DNA of 63,371 nt, taken from the NCBI GenBank assembly GCA_035294905.1, contig DATGJX010000159.1, positions 1 through 63,371 of the forward strand. Reading direction: 5' to 3'. The stretch comes from Vulcanimicrobiaceae bacterium (lineage in GTDB: Bacteria; Vulcanimicrobiota; Vulcanimicrobiia; Vulcanimicrobiales; Vulcanimicrobiaceae). The notes beneath the pieces are model-generated. The model searched no databases and was not told where the DNA came from. It saw only the letters and a program-made list of their open reading frames with translations. Positions 26,268 to 36,142 of the stretch are shown one piece after another; the first letter of the stretch is position 1, and the number at the start of each line of letters is the position of its first letter. A program made the position numbers and the translations under genes.

Positions 26268-28766
26268 GTGACGAATTGTCGAGGCGTGAGCGCCGGCTAC
26301 TCACCAATGCTCGAGCAATACTTTGGGATGAAAGCGCGTCACCCCGAAGCGGTTTTGCTCTCACGCGTCGGGGATTTCTACGAAGCCTACGGTGAAGACG
26401 CCGAAACGATCGCGCGCGCGCTTTCGATTGCGCTGACGTCCAAAGAAGCAGGCGGTGGTAAACGCGTTGCGATGGCCGGCGTGCCGCATCACGCGCTCGC
26501 ACAATATTTGGCACGTCTCGTGCAGCAGCGCTTCATCGTCGCACTTGCGGAGCAGCTGGAACTTCCACAGCCGAATAAGCTCGTGCGCCGGGACGTCGTG
26601 CGTATCGTCACGCCCGGTACGCTCATCGAAGATCAACTGCTCGACGGGAAACAGAACAACTATCTCGCTGCGCTTACGGTAGTCGATGAAACCTTCGCGC
26701 TCGCGCATGCCGACGTCTCGACCGGCCTGTGTGCTGCTACCTCGATTACCGGCGACGGCGCATTCGACGAAGTGCTCGCGGAACTTGGGCGCATCGCTCC
26801 GGCGGAAGTCGTCGCCGACGTTCCCGCCGACGTGCGAGCGGCGCTGTCCGGCGCGCTCGAGAGCATCGGCGCACGCGTGACCGCGCCGGGATTGGCGGCG
26901 GTCGAGGGCCGCTCGCGCGGTCCCATCGGGGGATTCTCGCTCGATGAATCGCTCGCAATGCACCGCGCGCTCGACGCGCTCGTTGGTTTCGTCCGTCGCG
27001 TCGGCGTCGCAGCGCAAGAGCGAGCACCACTTTCCGCGCCCCAGTTTTACCGGCATCAAACGTTTCTTGCGCTCGATCCCAGCACGCGCGAGAACCTCGA
27101 ACTCACCAAGGCACTGGGCGCGAATTCTAAGGCGACGATGCTGGCGACGCTCGACAAGTGCGCCACCTCGATGGGTTCGCGCATGCTCGCGCGCTGGATT
27201 CTCGCGCCGCTCGTCGATCGCGCCGCGATCACGCAGCGCGCCGATGCCGTTGCGGCACTGATCGGCGAGCACGTGCGCCGCGAGTCGATGCAGGAGCTGC
27301 TGCGCGGGTGTTTCGACCTCGAACGCATCACGCAGAAGGTGCGCTTCAAACGCGCGTTTCCGCGCGATCTCGCTTCGCTGCGCCGCACGCTGGAGATACT
27401 GCGCCCGCTGTGCCAGGTGGCACCGAAGGCGTTGAGCGCGCATATCGCGCGCGTGGTGGACTTCGAGGATATGCTCGTCGATTTGCAGCGCACGCTGGTC
27501 GACGAGCCGCCCGCGCAGATTGCCGACGGCGGCGTAATTCGACCCGAAGCGAGTACGGAACTTGCGGAATGCGTCGCGTTGCGAACGGACGCGCGCGGCA
27601 AACTGTCGGAACTCGAGGGGCGCGAACGCGAGCGCACGGGCATCAAATCGCTGAAGATCAAGTATGCGAGTGCCTTCGGCTACGCAATCGAAGTGAGCAA
27701 GGGTTTCGTTTCACAAGTGCCGCCCGACTACGTGCGAAAGCAGACGCTGACGACCGGCGAGCGGTTTATTACACCGGAGTTGAAGGAACTCGAGATCGCG
27801 ATTTCCAGCGCGCAGTCCCGGCAACAGCGCCTGGAAGAGCAGCTCTTCGGCGAGCTGGTCGATCGCGTCGCGCTTCGCACCGACGATTTGCTTGCCACCG
27901 CACACGTACTCGCGGAGCTGGACGTGCTGTGTTCGCTCGCGCAATGCGCGGCGGAACGGGGATACGTCCGTCCGGAGTTCATCGACGAGAGCGAAGTCGA
28001 CGTCGTAGACGGCCGGCATCCCGTGATGGAAGCGATTCTGCGCACCCATTTCGTCCCGAACGATCTGCATTTGCGCACGCCGGACCATCGATTCATCTTA
28101 CTGACCGGGCCGAACATGGGCGGCAAGTCCACGTATTTGCGTCAAGCGGCGCTCTTGACGATCATGGCTCAAATCGGTTCGTTCGTTCCGGCGAAATCGG
28201 CGCGCCTGGGCATCGTCGATCGCATCTTCACGCGCATCGGCGCGGGCGACGATCTCGCTTCGGGGCAATCCACGTTTTATTTGGAAATGGCCGAAGCCGC
28301 CAACATTCTAAGGCGCTGCACGCGGCGAAGCTTATTACTCATCGACGAAGTCGGCCGCGGTACCGGAACCATCGACGGACTGGCGATCGCGCAGGCGATT
28401 TGCGAGTTTCTGCTCGGACTCGAAGAGCACGCGCCGATGGTGCTCTTTGCGACGCATTTTCACGAGCTGGTTTCGTTGGCCGAGCATTGGAAACTCGTGG
28501 CGAACTATCACATCACCGCCGTCGAAAACACCACGCGCGACGGCGCGCCGGTTTTTTCGCATCGCGTGCTTCCCGGAAGCTCGTCGCGTTCGTTCGGCAT
28601 CGAAGTTGCGCGCATGGCCGGACTTCCCGACACTGTTATAGAGCGCGCGCAAGAAATCGCCGACGCGCTTTCGGGCCATGCCGACGTCGAGGTGCAGGTC
28701 CCGCTCAAGCGGAAACTGCCTCGCGTCGGGGCGGCAGCGCAGCTCTCGTTTTTGCAGGCGGAATGA
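26268..28766 (+). CDS. mutS: DNA mismatch repair protein MutS
   Basis: SPMLEQYFGMKARHPEAVLLSRVGDFYE, Walker A GPNMGGKST, STFYLEM, DEVGRGT. Confidence 0.92.
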   Translation: MTNCRGVSAGYSPMLEQYFGMKARHPEAVLLSRVGDFYEAYGEDAETIARALSIALTSKEAGGGKRVAMAGVPHHALAQYLARLVQQRFIVALAEQLELPQPNKLVRRDVVRIVTPGTLIEDQLLDGKQNNYLAALTVVDETFALAHADVSTGLCAATSITGDGAFDEVLAELGRIAPAEVVADVPADVRAALSGALESIGARVTAPGLAAVEGRSRGPIGGFSLDESLAMHRALDALVGFVRRVGVAAQERAPLSAPQFYRHQTFLALDPSTRENLELTKALGANSKATMLATLDKCATSMGSRMLARWILAPLVDRAAITQRADAVAALIGEHVRRESMQELLRGCFDLERITQKVRFKRAFPRDLASLRRTLEILRPLCQVAPKALSAHIARVVDFEDMLVDLQRTLVDEPPAQIADGGVIRPEASTELAECVALRTDARGKLSELEGRERERTGIKSLKIKYASAFGYAIEVSKGFVSQVPPDYVRKQTLTTGERFITPELKELEIAISSAQSRQQRLEEQLFGELVDRVALRTDDLLATAHVLAELDVLCSLAQCAAERGYVRPEFIDESEVDVVDGRHPVMEAILRTHFVPNDLHLRTPDHRFILLTGPNMGGKSTYLRQAALLTIMAQIGSFVPAKSARLGIVDRIFTRIGAGDDLASGQSTFYLEMAEAANILRRCTRRSLLLIDEVGRGTGTIDGLAIAQAICEFLLGLEEHAPMVLFATHFHELVSLAEHWKLVANYHITAVENTTRDGAPVFSHRVLPGSSSRSFGIEVARMAGLPDTVIERAQEIADALSGHADVEVQVPLKRKLPRVGAAAQLSFLQAE

Positions 28767-29263
28767 TCTTTCGTCACGTCGGCAGTGCGTACGGGCGTGA
28801 GATTTTCGTGAATGCCGAGCCCGAAACGGCAGAACGCGCATCGCCGCAGGGCTATTCCATTGCAGCCGTGGTGCTGAACGACGGCTGGAAGAGCGGCGAC
28901 ATCGGGTCGCTGCTCAATCAGCTGTATGGCGCGCTCGACGACTGGACGGAGTTCAATTCCGATGCGGGTGCACGCTCGTTCGTGTTCTACGGCGAGCGTG
29001 CGGAAGAGGCGAGCGACCTCTGCGACGCGTTCGCGTACGCGTGGACCAAGGGCGCGGAATCCGAATACAACGACGTCATCGCCTCCTCTAACGATGCGCC
29101 GAATCTCGATGCATTCGTCGAAGGGATGATCTCCGGTGAAATCGCCGTCGGCGACGCGTACGCGGAAAAGATGCAAAACGTGCTCTTCGCGACGCAGGAC
29201 GAAGAGCCGGATAGACTCGCAGCAATCGTTACGGAAGCGGTGCAGCGCCATCACTTTGACTAG
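28763..29263 (+). CDS. uncharacterised acidic 166-aa protein between mutS and mutL
   Basis: Its ATG overlaps the mutS stop (ATGA) and its stop overlaps the mutL TTG start by 8 nt. Codon third positions are GC-rich like neighbouring genes. No recognisable motif. Confidence 0.6.
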   Translation: MIFRHVGSAYGREIFVNAEPETAERASPQGYSIAAVVLNDGWKSGDIGSLLNQLYGALDDWTEFNSDAGARSFVFYGERAEEASDLCDAFAYAWTKGAESEYNDVIASSNDAPNLDAFVEGMISGEIAVGDAYAEKMQNVLFATQDEEPDRLAAIVTEAVQRHHFD

Positions 29264-30944
29264 TACCATTCATCTGCTCGACCCGCAAACGATCGGACAG
29301 ATTGCCGCAGGCGAAGTCATCGAGCGGCCGCTCTCGGTGGTGAAAGAGCTGGTCGAAAATGCCGTCGATGCGGGTGCCACGCGCATTGCGGTTTCATTGC
29401 AAGACGGCGGCATCGCGCTCGTCGAGGTGGTCGATGACGGCATCGGCATAGAACCAGCCGATTTGCCGCTCGCGGTACGGCGCCACGCGACGAGCAAGCT
29501 CGCCGTCGCGACCGACTTGGAATCGATCGACTCGCTCGGCTTTCGCGGTGAGGGTCTGGCCAGTATCGCTGCGGTTGCGCAGTTGGAAATCCTCTCGCGT
29601 CAAGCCGATGCGCAGATCGGCTCGCGCATCGTTGCGCACGCGGAAGAAGCCGGCGAAGTGGAACCGGCTCCGTCGGCCATTGGAACGACGGTTCGCGCGC
29701 GCGATCTCTTTGCGAACGTACCGGTGCGGCGCGAATATTTGCGCTCGCCGAGTGCCGAGTTCAATCGCATTTCGGGATGGCTCTCGACGTTCGCGCTGGC
29801 GTATCCCGGAATCACGTTCTCGCTGCTTCATGACGGTAAAGACGTGTGGACGATGCCGGCGAGTTCGGACGAAACCGCGCGTTTGGCGACGGTGTTCGGC
29901 AAAACCGCCGCGGAAACGCTGATGCCGCTGAGTCCGGAAGCAGCGCGCGGTCTTCAAGGCTCGCTAAGCGGATTCATCAGCGCGCCCGGAAATGACCGCG
30001 CCGATCGGCGCATGCAGCTGCTCTTCGTGAATGGACGTCTACTGCGCAGCACGCTGCTGGCAGGTGCGTGGACTGCGGGGTATTCGACGTTTGCGATGAT
30101 CGGGCGTCAGCCGTACGGCGTGCTCTTTCTGACGCTGCCTCCCGAGCACGTCGACCCGAACGTTCATCCCACGAAAAGCGACGTGCGCTTGCGCTACGGT
30201 CACCAGGTCTTCGATGCGGTGAAACGCGCGATTGCAACTACGCTGCGCCATCACGCGACGGCCCGCTTTCGAGATGCCGTTACCGTTTCGCCCGCGCCGC
30301 AAGCAATGGATGCGGCGCTGCCACAGGTGCAATCGCTGTTTGCGCACTCCGCAACGGAAGAAGAAGCGTCGTCGAATGCAGCGCCCGGCGGTCTGCGCGT
30401 GCTGGCCCAGCTCGACAACACGTTCATTCTCGCAACCGATGGACGCGCGCTCGTGCTCGTCGATCAGCATGCCGCGCATGAGCGCATCGGGTACGAAAGA
30501 ATCGTCGCCGCTGCGCAGCAACGTGCACCCGGAGAGGCGCTGCTCGTGCCGCTGACGTTCGAGTTGGGTCCGTCGGAGAGTGCCGCACTCGATCGCATGT
30601 TGGAAATTTTGCGCGAAGGCGGCCTGGACGTCGAACCATTCGGCGAGCGGACGTATCGCATCGTTGCGACACCTGCAGGCTATCGTTCGCGGCCCTTCGA
30701 CGTCACCGGGTTTTTGGAGGATCTGACCGAAGAGCCCAAGCAGCGCGACGTGCGCGAGCGCGTCTGGGCATCGCTTGCATGCCATTCGGTCACCCGCGCG
30801 GGCGAGCGGCTCGACATGGCGGAGATGGCGACGCTCGTCGAACGCTTGCAGCGCTGCGAGAACCCCATGCATTGCCCGCACGGACGCCCGACCATCGTAC
30901 GCATGGACAGCGAAGCGATTCAGAAACTTTTCAAAAGGATATAG
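29256..30944 (+). CDS. mutL: DNA mismatch repair endonuclease MutL
   Basis: IHLLDPQTIGQIAAGEVIERP GHKL ATPase N-terminus. DQHAAHERIGYERI endonuclease motif. CPHGRP. Confidence 0.9.
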   Translation: MTSTIHLLDPQTIGQIAAGEVIERPLSVVKELVENAVDAGATRIAVSLQDGGIALVEVVDDGIGIEPADLPLAVRRHATSKLAVATDLESIDSLGFRGEGLASIAAVAQLEILSRQADAQIGSRIVAHAEEAGEVEPAPSAIGTTVRARDLFANVPVRREYLRSPSAEFNRISGWLSTFALAYPGITFSLLHDGKDVWTMPASSDETARLATVFGKTAAETLMPLSPEAARGLQGSLSGFISAPGNDRADRRMQLLFVNGRLLRSTLLAGAWTAGYSTFAMIGRQPYGVLFLTLPPEHVDPNVHPTKSDVRLRYGHQVFDAVKRAIATTLRHHATARFRDAVTVSPAPQAMDAALPQVQSLFAHSATEEEASSNAAPGGLRVLAQLDNTFILATDGRALVLVDQHAAHERIGYERIVAAAQQRAPGEALLVPLTFELGPSESAALDRMLEILREGGLDVEPFGERTYRIVATPAGYRSRPFDVTGFLEDLTEEPKQRDVRERVWASLACHSVTRAGERLDMAEMATLVERLQRCENPMHCPHGRPTIVRMDSEAIQKLFKRI

Positions 30945-30946
30945 CC

Positions 30947-31414
30947 GTGCTTCACAACGAGCACCACTTCACGGTTTCGCTGACGTGGACCGGAAACCGC
31001 GGAAACGGCACCAGCGATTATCGTGCTTACGGACGCGATCACGAGATCTCGGCAAGCGGCAAGTCCGTCGCGATTCCGGCATCGTCGACGCCCGTCTTTC
31101 GTGGCGACAAGGACCGCTACAATCCGGAAGAATTGCTCATCGGTGCGCTTTCCGGGTGCCACATGCTCTGGTTCTTGCATCTGTGCGCCGAAGCCGGCAT
31201 CGTGGTGACGGCCTATAGGGATGAAGCGGATGGCACGATGCAGCTCAACCCCGACGGCTCCGGTAAGTTCACCGACGTCGTGCTGCGGCCGCACGTCGAA
31301 TATGCGGAAACGCCGCCGCGCGAGAAGACCGAAGCCCTGCATCACCGCGCGCACGACTTGTGCTTCATTGCGCGATCGGTGAACTTTCCGGTCCGGTGCG
31401 AACCGGCGTATTAG
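30947..31414 (+). CDS. OsmC/Ohr-family peroxiredoxin-like protein
   Basis: NPEELLIGALSGCHMLWF and HDLCFIARSV (the two conserved Cys regions). GTG start 3 nt after the mutL stop. Confidence 0.75.
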   Translation: MLHNEHHFTVSLTWTGNRGNGTSDYRAYGRDHEISASGKSVAIPASSTPVFRGDKDRYNPEELLIGALSGCHMLWFLHLCAEAGIVVTAYRDEADGTMQLNPDGSGKFTDVVLRPHVEYAETPPREKTEALHHRAHDLCFIARSVNFPVRCEPAY

Positions 31415-32292
31415 TTTTAGCGGGGCCGACGGGCTCGGGTAAGACCGATCTGGCGATTTCGCTCGCAAAACGTTTCGATGCGGAGATCGTCGGTGCGGAT
31501 TCTCGGCAAATCTATCGCGGCATGCCGATTGGCACGGCGGCGCCGACGCCCGAACAGATGGCGGCGGTTCCGCATCACCTCATTGGCTTTCTGGATCCGC
31601 ACGAGCGGTACTCGGCTGCACGTTTTTCCACCGATGCGATACGCGCGATCGAAGAAATTCACGCGCGCGGAAAGCGCGCTATCGTTGCCGGCGGGACCGG
31701 GTTCTACGTTCGGGCACTGACCGGCGCCGTAGAACTCGCGCCGCAATACGATGAAAGCCTTCGCGAGCGCCTCGCGCATGAAGCGAAGCTTCACGACCCG
31801 CAGTTTCTGTACGACTGGCTGACGGTGCGCGATCCGAAGCGCGCGGCGATGCTGCACGCCGGGGATGCGTACCGCGTGCTGCGCGCCCTCGAAGTGGCGC
31901 TTGCACCTCCGCAATCGACGTTGCGCGCGGAACCGCTGCGCTCGCTCGCGAGCAGCGGCATACCGTTTCTAAAAGTATTTCTGGAGGTCGATCTCGCCGA
32001 GTTGGATCGGCGCATCGAAGCGCGCACCGACGCGATGCTTCAGAGCGGCTTGCTCGATGAAGCGGAACGCGTCGGCGGCGATGCGGTCGCGGCGAGCGCC
32101 GTCGGATATCCGCAAGCATTGGCGTATGTACGCGGCTGGTGTACCTACGACGAACTTCGCATGCTGTTGGTTCGTGCAACCCGCCGCTATGCCAGGCGGC
32201 AGGCCACGTGGTTTCGTTCGGAGCCGCAGACGCAGAGCGCGCACGCCGATGAGCTTGAGCGTTTGGCAAGGGAAAAGCTCGGGTGGGTTTGA
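31396..32292 (+). CDS. miaA: tRNA dimethylallyltransferase MiaA
   Basis: LAGPTGSGKTDLAISLAKRFDAEIVGADSRQIYRGMPIGTAAPT. The ORF is open from 31360. Confidence 0.9.
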   Translation: MRTGVLVLAGPTGSGKTDLAISLAKRFDAEIVGADSRQIYRGMPIGTAAPTPEQMAAVPHHLIGFLDPHERYSAARFSTDAIRAIEEIHARGKRAIVAGGTGFYVRALTGAVELAPQYDESLRERLAHEAKLHDPQFLYDWLTVRDPKRAAMLHAGDAYRVLRALEVALAPPQSTLRAEPLRSLASSGIPFLKVFLEVDLAELDRRIEARTDAMLQSGLLDEAERVGGDAVAASAVGYPQALAYVRGWCTYDELRMLLVRATRRYARRQATWFRSEPQTQSAHADELERLAREKLGWV

Positions 32293-32564
32293 AGCCCGCA
32301 TTCATGCCGGGCAGCCTGCAAGATACATACTTGGCCGAAATCAAGCGGCAGGGCGTTCCCGTGACCGTCTACTTGGTCAACGGTTTTCAATTGCGCGGCA
32401 TCGTCAAAGGGTTCGATCCGTTCACGATTCTGATCGAATACGAGCGTAAGACGCACCTCATCTACAAACACGCCGTCTCGACGATCTCGCCGCAGGGCCC
32501 GTTCGCGAATCCCGAACCTGCGCCCGCGCCAGCGAACGAGCGCGCCGAGGTCACCTCAGGCTAA
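32283..32564 (+). CDS. hfq: RNA chaperone Hfq
   Basis: LQDTYLAEIKRQGVPVTVYLVNGFQLRGIVKGFDPFTILI..HLIYKHAVSTI Sm1/Sm2 motifs. Alternative start at 32304. Confidence 0.9.
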   Translation: MGLKPAFMPGSLQDTYLAEIKRQGVPVTVYLVNGFQLRGIVKGFDPFTILIEYERKTHLIYKHAVSTISPQGPFANPEPAPAPANERAEVTSG

Positions 32565-33328
32565 TGTCCGCCGTCGCCGTGACGAAGATGCACGGCACGT
32601 TCAACGATTTCATCATCCTCGACCAGCGCCCGCCGTCCGTCGCGAATATTTTTGCGTTTGCGAAAGGCGCATGCGACCGCCGGGGCGGTATCGGCGCGGA
32701 CGGCCTCATCGTTCTGCTCGAGTCCGATCGCGCCGACGTGCGTATGCGCATCATCAATGCGGACGGCAGCGAAGCGGAGATGTGCGGCAACGGCGCGAGA
32801 TGTGCCGCGCGATTCCTGGCCGATCGCGGCGAAGGCAGGCGCGTCCGGTTCGAAACGCTCGCCGGCATTATCGCCGCGGACGTTTTCGATGACGGCAGCG
32901 TGCGCTTGACCATGGGCGTTCCACGCTTCGAGAACCAACCGCTTCCGTTCGCGGATGCCTCGTTCGTATCGATGGGAAATCCGCACGTCGTCATCTTCGC
33001 GGGCTCGCTGGACGACGTTGACATCGAGGCGCTCGGCATCGCGAATCCCGACGTCAACGTGCACGTCGCGGTTGTAATCGATCGCTCGCACATGCGCGTT
33101 CGGCACTTCGAACGCGGCGTCGGCATTACGTATTCCTGCGGCACCGGAGCTGTTGCAAGCGCAGCGGCCGCGATGAAGCGCGGTCTGGTGGACTCGCATG
33201 TCGATGTGAACGTTCCCGGCGGTCACGTGATTGTGGAATGGGACGGCGAGCATGAGGCATTCCTTACTGGGCCGACCGCTCGCGTCTTCGATGCGACGTT
33301 CGAGGAAGTGCATGCAGTCGCCGTCTAG
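32564..33328 (+). CDS. dapF: diaminopimelate epimerase
   Basis: MHGTFNDFIILD and the two catalytic Cys regions MCGNGARCAARF and YSCGTGAVASA. Its ATG overlaps the hfq TAA (TAATG). Confidence 0.9.
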   Translation: MSAVAVTKMHGTFNDFIILDQRPPSVANIFAFAKGACDRRGGIGADGLIVLLESDRADVRMRIINADGSEAEMCGNGARCAARFLADRGEGRRVRFETLAGIIAADVFDDGSVRLTMGVPRFENQPLPFADASFVSMGNPHVVIFAGSLDDVDIEALGIANPDVNVHVAVVIDRSHMRVRHFERGVGITYSCGTGAVASAAAAMKRGLVDSHVDVNVPGGHVIVEWDGEHEAFLTGPTARVFDATFEEVHAVAV

Positions 33329-33761
33329 CGAACTGGGAACGTCCGTGCGCGAAGCGATCCCCGCGGATGCGCAGCGTATTACCGCCCTTGCCGGCCAACT
33401 CGGTTACGAAGTGCCTCAAGCGCACGTCGAGCGGCAGCTGCGCCGCATGAACGACGAGCTCACGGTCTTCGTCGCGGTCGTCCCGCGCGCAGGCGTCGTC
33501 GGCTGGATTGGCGTGGGGCTCCATGAAAGCATCACCGACAGCGGGCGCGCCGACATCCATGGCTTGGTCGTCGAAGACGAATACCGGGGTAACGGCATCG
33601 GCCGGCTGCTCGTCGATGCAGCCGAAACGTGGGCACGCCGCCGCAACTGCACGTCGATGCGGCTGGTTTCAAACGTGGTGCGCGAGCGCGCGCACGAATT
33701 CTACAAGCGCTTGGGCTACACCGTACTCAAGACGCAGCACGCATTCAAGAAAACACTATGA
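33312..33761 (+). CDS. GNAT-family N-acetyltransferase
   Basis: LVVEDEYRGNGIGRLLVDAAETWAR acetyl-CoA binding motif. Overlaps dapF by 17 nt. Confidence 0.8.
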   Translation: MQSPSSELGTSVREAIPADAQRITALAGQLGYEVPQAHVERQLRRMNDELTVFVAVVPRAGVVGWIGVGLHESITDSGRADIHGLVVEDEYRGNGIGRLLVDAAETWARRRNCTSMRLVSNVVRERAHEFYKRLGYTVLKTQHAFKKTL

Positions 33762-34966
33762 TCGGACTCGCCTACTGCGACAAAGCGGGGCGCATCTACT
33801 ACGACGAAGACCTGGAACCGCTGGCGGACGGCGGCGTCATTCGGCGCATCGAACGCGATGCATTGATTCCGGCGCCGCCCGGTGTGGTGCCGATGATTCT
33901 CCCGGGACGCCGTCCACTGCTCCTCGACGGCGTTGCGAAGCGTCGCTACGCGCTTGCCGCCATGCTGCCGGCGGGCTATACGCGCTTGCTGCTGCCCGCG
34001 TACGAACGGGAAGCAGATGCGCCGCCGCTGCCGCTCTACGGCTATACGTTCGCCTGCGTCGTCGACGATGAACTGTACGTCGCCGCAATGCGCACCGACG
34101 AAAGCGAAGACTGGGAGCCCCGCCGATTCGCGGCGGGCGAACTCGAAGCGCTTTTGAACCGGCGCATCGGCGCCGACCCGGCCAATCGCGTTCTGCGTCA
34201 GGTCGCGCTGTGTTCGCGCGAATACGGCTGCTTCACCGCACAGAATGTTTTTCTGGAACGCGGCGAAGCGGCACTTCCGGTGTCGCCGAAATGTAACGCG
34301 CGCTGCGTCGGCTGCATCTCCGAGCAGGAGCCGGAAGCGGCACTGCCATCGCCGCAGCAGCGCATCGCGTTCGAAACGTCGGCGGAAGAACTGGCGCGTG
34401 TCGCCGTTCATCACCTCGAATGCGTAAGCGACGGCATCGTGTCGTTCGGCCAAGGCTGCGAAGGGGAGCCGCTGCTTCGTTCGATCACGATCGCGCGCGC
34501 GACGGAATTGATTCGCTCGGCGCACAGCAACGGAACGATAAACCTCAATACGAACGGCAGCATGCCGTCGGCGCTGCAGCGATGCATCGACGCGGGGCTG
34601 CAGGCCGTTCGGATAAGTTTGAATTCGTTTCGCCCACAGGTGTACGCCGCGTACTATCGTCCGGCCGGTTATGGCCTGGAAGACGTCTTCGAATCGATTC
34701 GCACGGCGTCGCGCGCGGGGCTGCGCGTTTCGCTGAATCTGTTGACCCATCCGGGAGTGACGGATGACGAAGACGAAGTCCTGGCGATGGAGGCGCTGCT
34801 GCGCGACGTGCGTGTCGACATGATTCAGACGCGCACGCTCAACATCGATCCCGAGTGGTACTTTGCAACGGTCGGTCGTCCAAGCCGCGCGGTCGGCATG
34901 CGGCGCGCGCTCGCCGCGATACGCGACGCCGGCGTGGCCGTCGGCAACTTCACGCACACCCACTAG
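33758..34966 (+). CDS. radical SAM protein with an uncharacterised ~190-aa N-terminal domain
   Basis: SPKCNARCVGC CxxxCxxC motif, GQGCEGEPLL, NTNGS. Its ATG overlaps the GNAT stop (ATGA). Confidence 0.75.
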   Translation: MIGLAYCDKAGRIYYDEDLEPLADGGVIRRIERDALIPAPPGVVPMILPGRRPLLLDGVAKRRYALAAMLPAGYTRLLLPAYEREADAPPLPLYGYTFACVVDDELYVAAMRTDESEDWEPRRFAAGELEALLNRRIGADPANRVLRQVALCSREYGCFTAQNVFLERGEAALPVSPKCNARCVGCISEQEPEAALPSPQQRIAFETSAEELARVAVHHLECVSDGIVSFGQGCEGEPLLRSITIARATELIRSAHSNGTINLNTNGSMPSALQRCIDAGLQAVRISLNSFRPQVYAAYYRPAGYGLEDVFESIRTASRAGLRVSLNLLTHPGVTDDEDEVLAMEALLRDVRVDMIQTRTLNIDPEWYFATVGRPSRAVGMRRALAAIRDAGVAVGNFTHTH

Positions 34967-35020
34967 AGGCGTGCCATAAAGCTCTGGCACATCGCCGCGC
35001 TCCTCGTCCTTGGAATCGCC

Positions 35021-36079
35021 GTGGGCGCGGCATTCCCGGGGAGTCTGACCGCGATCTTCGGGCAAGCAACGCTTTACGTTTTTCTGCCCGCGTTGATATT
35101 CGAGGCGGCCTGGCATCTCGATGCTCGTTTGATGCGCGGCTCCGCGCGAACGATCGCCTTGCTCGCGATACCCGGCGTTGTGCTGACGGCCGGCGTCATT
35201 GCGTTATGCGTTCACTATTTCGGTGCGTTTCAATGGAGCTCCGCGCTCGTGCTCGGCGCAATCCTGAGCGCAACGGATCCCGTCGCGGTAATTGCCGTTT
35301 TCCGGCGCCTGCCCGTACCGCGCAGGCTCGCGACGATCATCGAAAGCGAGGCGCTTCTCAACGACGCCCTCGCGGTGGTGCTGTATCGCGCGGTAATCGC
35401 CGCGCTCGTGCTTTCGTCCGACGGTGCCGGAGTGTGGAACGCGACGTGGGAGGCGCTTTTGGGCGTCGCCGCAGGTATCGCCATCGGCACGGCGCTTGCG
35501 TATACCGCCGCGCTCGCGCTGCGAGAGCGTATCGGTGCCCCGGTGCAAAGCGCGGCAACGTTGGTCGGCGCGTATGCTGCATATGGACTCGCAGAATACG
35601 GCGGCTGGTCTGGTATCTTCGCGGTGATCGCATTCGCCGTCGTGCTGCGCGAACTGGAACGGCGCCGCATCAGCGTCGCTTCTGCGGATGGCGTCGCAAC
35701 GTTTTGGGATGTCGTCGCGCTGGTTGCGAATGTCGTGTTGTTTCTTTTGATCGGCGCCGCGCTCGACTTCACGCAACTCGCGCATTCTTTGTTCGCGTCG
35801 TGCGTCACGATCGGCGCGGTATTGCTGGCCCGGGCGCTCCTCTCGTACGGGTTGCTCGCGTTGGTTCGCACGCATTTGCGGCCGTTCTGGCAGACCGTAG
35901 TTCGGATGGCAGGGATACGCGGCGCGCTCTCCCTCGCGCTCGCGCTTTCGACGCCTGCGGCACTTGTGCAGCGAACTTTGGTCATTAACGTCACGTTTGC
36001 GGTCGTCGTCGTGACGATACTCGCCGGTACCCTCACACTGACGTGGCGTCTGGAAGGGCTCGATCTCGAAGCCGAATAG
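35021..36079 (+). CDS. CPA1-type Na+/H+ antiporter (NhaP-like); start probably upstream
   Basis: SATDPVAV, LLNDALAVVLYRAV. The frame is open from 34967 and encodes a TM1-like IKLWHIAALLVLGIA before the GTG at 35021. Confidence 0.75.
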   Translation: MGAAFPGSLTAIFGQATLYVFLPALIFEAAWHLDARLMRGSARTIALLAIPGVVLTAGVIALCVHYFGAFQWSSALVLGAILSATDPVAVIAVFRRLPVPRRLATIIESEALLNDALAVVLYRAVIAALVLSSDGAGVWNATWEALLGVAAGIAIGTALAYTAALALRERIGAPVQSAATLVGAYAAYGLAEYGGWSGIFAVIAFAVVLRELERRRISVASADGVATFWDVVALVANVVLFLLIGAALDFTQLAHSLFASCVTIGAVLLARALLSYGLLALVRTHLRPFWQTVVRMAGIRGALSLALALSTPAALVQRTLVINVTFAVVVVTILAGTLTLTWRLEGLDLEAE

Positions 36080-36142
36080 GCCGCATGGCCTGTGAAAAAA
36101 AGCCCTCACACACGCGAGCCGCGATGACTTACGCTGATTTGG

